NCBI GenBank assembly: GCA_012295275.1
Contig: CM022665.1
Location: 5,766,001-5,830,000 of the forward strand
Length of the DNA: 64,000 nucleotides
Direction: 5' to 3'
From: Chrysomallon squamiferum
Lineage: Eukaryota; Animalia; Mollusca
Positions 55,601 through 64,000 of the stretch are shown in pieces (position 1 is the first letter of the stretch; each line of letters starts with the position of its first letter). The position numbers and the translations under genes are program-made. The notes beneath the pieces were generated by a model. It was not told the DNA's origin, ran no database searches, and worked only from the letters and a program-made list of their open reading frames with translations.

Positions 55601-56168
55601 ACTTGCTTAAAAAGAACGGTAGAGCTCATTTGTTGTCTTTCAGTATTGTCTTATTTTCACTGTTTTTAACCATGTTGAACAATGGTCAATAGTAATTCGG
55701 TGGCAGTGGCTATTCGCGATTTGTTTTTTTGTTTTTTTGGTATTAAAAGAATTTGAAGATTAAATTAATAGCTTGTCGTTTACACTTGCACCACATTTGC
55801 AGGAAATTGCAGAGCCCAGGGTTATTTAGAAAAATATGTTTTGTAGTAGAGAAAATTAGTTAGTGAAACTGGCAAGAAGTCCATAGCTGGAAGGCAGCTA
55901 AAGAATTTAAGTAAAAATGTCAACGAATTAATGAGGTAACAGTATCTTGATAGTGATAGCTTCTGCAGTGTGCCAAAATATAAAACAATATTATATAACA
56001 AGTTAAAGTATGAAAAACAAAAATAATAATAAAAAAATAAAATCAAAAGAATAATACTTTGATTAATAACATGCGGAAGAAAAAAAACCCACCCCAAAAC
56101 ATGGCTGATAAATACAAACCTATCAAAAATACCGTATGTAAAAGGATGTTTATTAATAAGCTGTATGC

Positions 56169-56257
<89 letters not shown>

Positions 56258-56717
56258 ATTTATTTCAGTGCATGTTCTGTCGTGCACTGCATTCCAGCAA
56301 CAAGTGCTTAATTGCGACCACCACCACCCTGTTCGATACAGCTCGATACATCTGCAGCAGACATTGTGCTATCGACAGAGCTTTATCTCAGTTTGTGGCG
56401 TCTTCCGTGGCCGTCTTGTCGATACGATCAATGCCAAGAGCTTAACTTTGTTAATTAACACTGATTGATTGACCAAAGATCGAAGTGTCCAGTTTGCATT
56501 TGAGACTGTCAAGAAGCTTTAAAATGTGATAAACGTGAAACTTAACAGCTGTTGCAATTTCCTAGCCGCTGATTGCACGACAGTTACGTCAGTTTCAGGT
56601 GGCATCAGCCGAACTTGGTTGAAAGTTCCAGCTGTGTTACATTGCCGTTTGAGTCGTTTTTTGCTGCAGACTGCTTGCTGGTTGCTCTAACGATCGAGAA
56701 AATATTAACATAAAACG

Positions 56718-56748
<31 letters not shown>

Positions 56749-57309
56749 TTCAAACATATGTGTACACACACGCATATACACACACAGACACACACACACA
56801 CACATATATGTACATGTATATATATATGCATATATATGTGTGTGTATATATATATATATACCAGTGTATATACATATATTTTGTTTTTCTTTCTTTTTCT
56901 TTTGGCATGTGTATTAAGTGTGTATTAAAACAAGTTTCTGATTTATTATAATGGAGCCGACAGGTAGAAGAAAAAAAGAGAGAATTGTATTACTGACTGA
57001 AATTTGATCAAGAAGAACACAAAGGAGGCTGGTGAGAAGAAAAGATAGTAACAGCAAGAAATGAAGAGAGGAAGGAAGAAAAGAAAAGAAAGAAATACGT
57101 CTACAGATGAAAGAAAGTATCGATATATAGCAATGTGAAAGAAGACAAAATTTAGTTTTTGGTAGATTGTAAATATTGTTGTTAATACAATACAGAAACA
57201 CATGCACATACGCACACGAATACAGGCACGTACACAAATAAACACAGACTCTCCTATGCACTATAAATAGAGACAGTGCCTTCCAAAAATGGATAATAAT
57301 AATAATTAA

Positions 57310-57391
<82 letters not shown>

Positions 57392-57912
57392 CAATCAATC
57401 AATCAATCAAAAAATAACAAACAAACAAACAAACAAACAAATTACCAAATAAATCAAATAAAATTAAAAAAAAAGGCAGTCAAAACAGGTAGAACAATTT
57501 CAACTTTCAGACGTTAATTATTAAAGTGAACAACCAGAATGATACTTTAAATTTTCAGTTAGCTCTAATTTACTAATGACCGAGTGAAGATGGGGGCAGC
57601 AGTCCCCAATCCCGGCAGTTAATTATGCTTTAAAACCTTTCTTATTGTCTGTCAAATCTCATCTCACGATAGCGTAAAAACAGTCAAGAAAAGATTTCTT
57701 TAGAGCCTGGCTTATCGACAGTTTTATCTCAATATGCCGAAATTGCCTGACATTTATGATACGGAAAACTATAATTTTGTTTTTCTACTTCTTCTCTTTC
57801 TGGAAAAGAAAAGAAAAGAAAAGAAAAGAATCCTACATTTTTTTTTTTTTTTTTTTTTCATCTTCTGTGATATTTGATCATTTTTCTAGTCCTTGAAATA
57901 TATATTTAAAAA

Positions 57913-57944
<32 letters not shown>

Positions 57945-58325
57945 ATTTTTTTTTTTTAAAATCTGTTCTCAGATGACATTGTCCACTTCATCGTGTGTTA
58001 ATCTTTTGGGGGGATTCTTTGGCTGTCAGAGCGATAGTTTGTATTTTGTCATATTTTTTGTCAGTTTGATTTTCAAAGATCGATGCACGGTTATTAATCT
58101 GCGGTGTTCGCCCGCTGTCCCGCCGAGCTGAGTGATACGTGTAGCGGAAATTAACTTCTTGTTTCGACCGTTGGCCTCGTCTGTGAATCATGGATTCTTT
58201 GTATTAATAACATTAAATCATCAGCTCCGAGCCCAAATATGAACATGTCGGTTTAGAAAAGACAATAAGATTGGAATACGATTATAAAAATTAATCTTAT
58301 TTTAGTGATACCGTAAAAATTCTAG

Positions 58326-58420
<95 letters not shown>

Positions 58421-58446
58421 CTCTCCTCTCTCTCTCTTTCACTCTC

Positions 58447-58547
<101 letters not shown>

Positions 58548-59814
58548 CATCCCAGATATTACTTTCATGTTGACTTTTATGATCGAAAAATTAATAACAA
58601 CACTCTTTTATTATAACCCTTTTTTTTTTTTGTCTTTTCAAAGAATGAAATGATGCGCAGAAATTATTCTGCATAATACCTCTGCATAAAAACTAGGCAT
58701 TCACTTTCGTTTTCTTAGGCACAAATCTACAGTTACATACTTAATATTAGAAGTATTACACCACACACACACACACACACACACACGTGTTCATACATAC
58801 ACAAACATACGCACCTATGCGCCTATATACACGTATAAATAATATATGTATTGCTACTACAAAGTATATTATTTTGCAAACCACGGATAAAATCTTTTAT
58901 CAATATTTTACGCAATGAACTTTAAAGTATTGAGATATTTACTATTTTAGTCATCATGACATTATCAACCACTTTTATGAATAGTTGACAGTTATATGTT
59001 GCTACATCAGAAACAATATTTATAACCTTACCGTTGAAATTTTGAAAAGCAAATAGCTGATGTACCTTTTTGCGTGCATAGATACGATTCGTGTTTAACT
59101 CTCTAGGTGATTTTTATTATTTTTTTTTTTTGTTACAACAAATTATGCCTGCAGTTATGTCCAAACAACTGACTTAATGACTGTAATTTACTGCATGTTC
59201 TCTGCACCATCAGAACTGTCACATTATGTATCTAGCTCGTTTTAATTTGTTCGTTTTAACGTGAAGCCGCGCCCTTTGTGACGTCACAGAAATCCGCCAT
59301 TTTGCTTTCCTGTATTAAACGTAGGCCAAGCATAACAGTCTTTGATGAGATAGCATTATAGTTTTATTTTGAATTGCTTAGAATACATTACACGGTATAC
59401 TTAGTTTTATTAATTAATTTATTATATTTTATATATATATATCTTAGAAGAAATTCACAAAACATTCATTACTATTACTGACAATGTTAACTGTTAAGAA
59501 ATAGAAAAACAAAATGGTTGTATCGCATTGCTAACTGGGATAGTACACGCATTCCAATGACGTCAAAGAAAACAAGCAATTACCAGTTGTTCATTCCAGT
59601 GTAAAACAAAATGAACGTAATAGCCTGCAGCTTTCTCTGAGTATGTTATTGATTGAATGAGTATTATTTCATAAACACACAAATGTGCTGTCACCTAGCG
59701 AGTTCACTGACTTTTTGCGTTGTAAGTGCATCAGTCGTAATTTGTGATGAACGGAGTTGCTAAATTATAATAAATATGCCATTTTTGTTCTCAGTATTGA
59801 AAGTTACTTCCTGA

Positions 59815-59895
<81 letters not shown>

Positions 59896-60269
59896 TAAAA
59901 ATAAAATAAATAAGAAAAAATAAGAAAAAATAAAAATAGAAAAAATAAAAATAATAAATTAATTAATTAATTTAAAAAATAATAATATATTTTAAAAAGA
60001 TATAAAAAAATATATATATATTGTTAATGGAATTAGATCTCAATTTTTTTTTTTTTTTTTTTTTCACGGTAAATTAGTCGAAATATTTCAAAATTAGCAT
60101 CACATATTTGATAATCAAAAAGCCGGTAATTTAATAATGAATGTAGTAACCTTTCCCTTGATCTTTGAGTGCTTTTGTTGTTGGTTTTCTTTTTTTTTTT
60201 TTTTTCCTTCTTTCTTTCTTTACTGAATATTTATTTGTGTATAAATGCAATGTTTTATCCTTTTAAATA

Positions 60270-60300
<31 letters not shown>

Positions 60301-61012
60301 GACATTCAGTTTTCTACTTTGATTCACATTATATATCAAATACATATTCTGAAGCTTAATATGCAGTCTATAAATATTATATTTCAGACAGATAATGAAT
60401 CACCCGATGTTTGCACAGACACGGGGGAAGCAGGTTAAACGTATCGAACTGGTAAACTTCGTAACAGTAAGAAAAGATAACACTAAATTAACGAGTAAAT
60501 ACGGTTTTGATTCTGCCGAGTTTTCAAAGGCTCCACGCTGAATGCTTTTTATTATTGCTGGCTAGTTACGTTAAACCTAAAACAACAAGCACGAATTATG
60601 GCCCCTTGTTCAATTAAGCCTCTATTGACAAGTCGAGCAGAAAACACTGTGTTCCGTCGGAGACGCACGTTTCCAAGAACTCCATCTTACTGAGATAATC
60701 GAGAGTTCTGTTTACGTAGGATCACGTGGTAGTGGGGAGGACATACCACGCACTTACAATAACACAGAGAGCGTGGAGGTCATAATAAGCACCGCATAAC
60801 TCTGGGAATTTGCGGCTTATTACTTTGATTAGTCGACTGAACGTATTTAATAATCGAGACCATCAGTTTCATCGCAAGTGCGCTCTTGGCGTGCTAGTGT
60901 TTGCATCCCAGGATAGACGTGCTTGAATCGGTGAAAAAAAAAAAAACCAGTCGAATGAGGAAATAGTCAACATGATAAAGAAATAAACTGAAGACTGAGA
61001 TGAAGACAAAGA

Positions 61013-61168
<156 letters not shown>

Positions 61169-61691
61169 TTAAAATAAAATTATAGGAAACGAAATTAGTT
61201 ACAAAATAAAATAAAGTACAAATAAATGTAACAAAATAGATGATGGTGAATTCTATTGCTTTCTGTCACAGTTTTTATTTTATTATACATATATATAAAA
61301 TATACAATGTATAGTGTTTAAAAATAATAATAATATCAAACAGATTAATATACAGGTATAAATAAAAATGTTATTATTTGCCAAGTCTCGGGAAAATTCC
61401 CCAGACAATCTCTGTCTGCTTATGTCACGTGTAATGTCGACCTGGTTGGAGTAGACAGTTTCTCAAAGTGGATGTAGAAACTGTTTTCTTTCTCTTTACC
61501 AGATTTTAGATGACTCAACTTAAATATCTGTTTTGTGTTTCGTTACAGCTAAATCAGTAGCCAAAGTAATATACATAGAAGACTAAAAAACACACACACA
61601 CACACACATACAAAATATATGACAACAAAACAACCCAAAACAACAACAAAAAAAAATAATAAATTTAAATTTTAAAACAATATAAGTATAA

Positions 61692-61742
<51 letters not shown>

Positions 61743-62347
61743 AGTAAAAACAACAACAACAATACGTACTTTCGATATTTTGACATTTTAACATGCACTT
61801 GTGAACTGCATTTGTTAGAACTTTCAAGGCCAGAATTTGTATTTCTGTCTGCTATTAGTTTACCTAAGTTAGCATTTAAATTATTATTTTTATTATTTTT
61901 ATCAAAGCAAAACAAATTAATAGATATCCGCTTATTATGCCAAGTGAAAAATGCATCTAAAATTTCAGAAATAACTGTCGACTTAAATCTTTTAAATGTT
62001 AGTTGTCTTGTTAAACGCGATTACTAAAGGGAGATTCTGACTAATTACGTAAGATGCTAAAAATAACCTTCTCAGTTTAATGGCCATGGTTATATAATTA
62101 ACATGGCTACATTTAGCCTAACTCTATCGCGTGATTTATTTAAATTAAAAATTATAGCGTTGTACAGTTTAGTAGGCGTTAAGGCTTACTGTTTTCAGAC
62201 AAACAGTTTACAACAGCACTTGACAATGTATGATATATTCGGTGAACCAGTGTGTAACAACAAGCAAGTACGTCACTCAGTCGAGCATTTGTTGGAAATG
62301 TGCTTTTGTTAAGTGAATAATGTTCGAACTCGTATGGCATGGGCCTG

Positions 62348-62381
<34 letters not shown>

Positions 62382-63160
62382 TGCGTGTGTGTCTTAACTA
62401 GTATACCTAGATAATTTTAGTGTTAATACACCAAGTTCTCGTAGGCATATCGTTCTGTCTGTATGTACGACAAAAAAAAAAAATAAATAAAAAAAAATAA
62501 AATAAAATAAATAAACCCTGTGGATTAGGTAAACATCTCTATCTTTACTCGAACCTGAATTTTTCTACAACAATACTCAGGTCCATTAGGAGAGGAGACT
62601 AACCCCGGGACTGGGGGTGTGGCTTACATTGGGATCCTGCATCAGACCACAATAATTTGTGTTACGTTCCCTTGAACAGGCAGAACGAAACTTGTTCCCG
62701 CTGCTCTACACAAAAGTGCTTAGCGTTGTTGTCTGTACTAGTAAAACACATGAAAACAAAACACGTCAGCTTCTTGCAAAACTTCATTTTTATTACAGTT
62801 CTTCACTATGTACATATGTTCATCAAACGTTTCCACTTTCTATATTATTATTTTTTTTTTTATCAGTAAAACCTGTATACTCTGTGCAGAGCAAATGACC
62901 AATTCATACCACAGGTATGAGTATTACTGTTACTTAACAGTGAACAAAAAAACAGACAAGACAGAGAACAAGCGAATTATGCAGTATGCGTTAACATGTC
63001 GGAGTTCGCTATAAAAAATTCATATAACGTTTGGCACGAAAGTAACACGACATTTGTTTTAAAACTGAACAAATCGAAAACACCACGGGCATTTCAGTTC
63101 TATGGAATTCTTGCTAATAATGTAATTAAACAAAACACAGCATTTGTTTTGACCTCGTAT

Positions 63161-63201
<41 letters not shown>

Positions 63202-63699
63202 CGTGTGCATTTAAGTTTAAAATAACATAAATAATTCTTATATACAAAATGACTGAAATGTTTTTAAAATTATTTTCTAATACGATATTTTATTTTTTAT
63301 TTTTTATTTTTTATTTTTAAATAAATGAATGAATAAATAGTATTTGGAAATATATTTTATTTATATCTATCATTATTGTTTTCTATATCTTTTTAGTACA
63401 TATCCGGAATTTTATTTTTTATTTTTTATTAAATCGACTATCGAAATAAGAAATATGAAATATCTGACAACGTATTAGTAACAAAATATTATTTTTGTTT
63501 ATTTCTTTTATATGAAACACAACAACAACAACAACAAAAAAGTTATAATAATAATAATAATAATAATAATGATGATGATGATGATGTTGATGGTTATGAT
63601 TTACAGTCAGTCATTCTAATGAAGCAACATTATTATGATTATATTAAAGAATAATTCAGTCGTATTTCTTTTATTAAGAATATTGTCCTAATTTCTCAT

Positions 63700-63739
<40 letters not shown>

Positions 63740-64000
63740 AATGGTTATACGCCTGCTGTCTATTTTCTTCTTCTTTTAAACATTATTTGTTTTTCTCTAT
63801 TTCTTCTTATTCTGCTTGGTTGCATTTATTATGATTTCTAAGGAAATGCTGGTATTCTTTGTTTGAGTAATTACTGACGGGTTTCTTTTTCTTGAAACAG
63901 GCTCGTGTTATTCAAGTTAAAGTTAGTAATAATAGTCGTGATTGTCGTAGTGGTAGCAGTAGCTGTATTAATAGTAGTAGTTGTTGTGTACTTGTTACTG

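Overview
AT-rich, microsatellite-laden animal genomic DNA with spliceosomal GT-AG introns (repeat content suggests an invertebrate, probably a mollusc; this is inference). The first 37 kb holds, in order: (1) the 3' part of a >1,090-aa acidic disordered protein gene (+, 5 visible exons, 1107-11532); (2) a complete 8-exon RDH12/DHRS-like short-chain dehydrogenase gene (+, 16936-20792); (3) a single-coding-exon orphan class A GPCR (-, 22765-23772); (4) a 5-exon gene for a secreted ~607-aa protein whose motifs resemble the mainly bacterial DUF4434 glycoside-hydrolase-like TIM barrel (+, 25981-29760), with one 1-nt frameshift; and (5) a decayed, intron-retaining RCC1 pseudogene split by a foldback/MITE insertion (+, 34018-37264). 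The remaining ~27 kb is gene-poor, with a heavily degraded DIRS-like retrotransposon, SINE remnants, tandem repeats and possible 5' micro-exons of a downstream gene. The strongest candidate for something new is gene 4, a possibly horizontally acquired, intron-containing carbohydrate-active enzyme. All family assignments come from motif recognition by eye; no database search was run.
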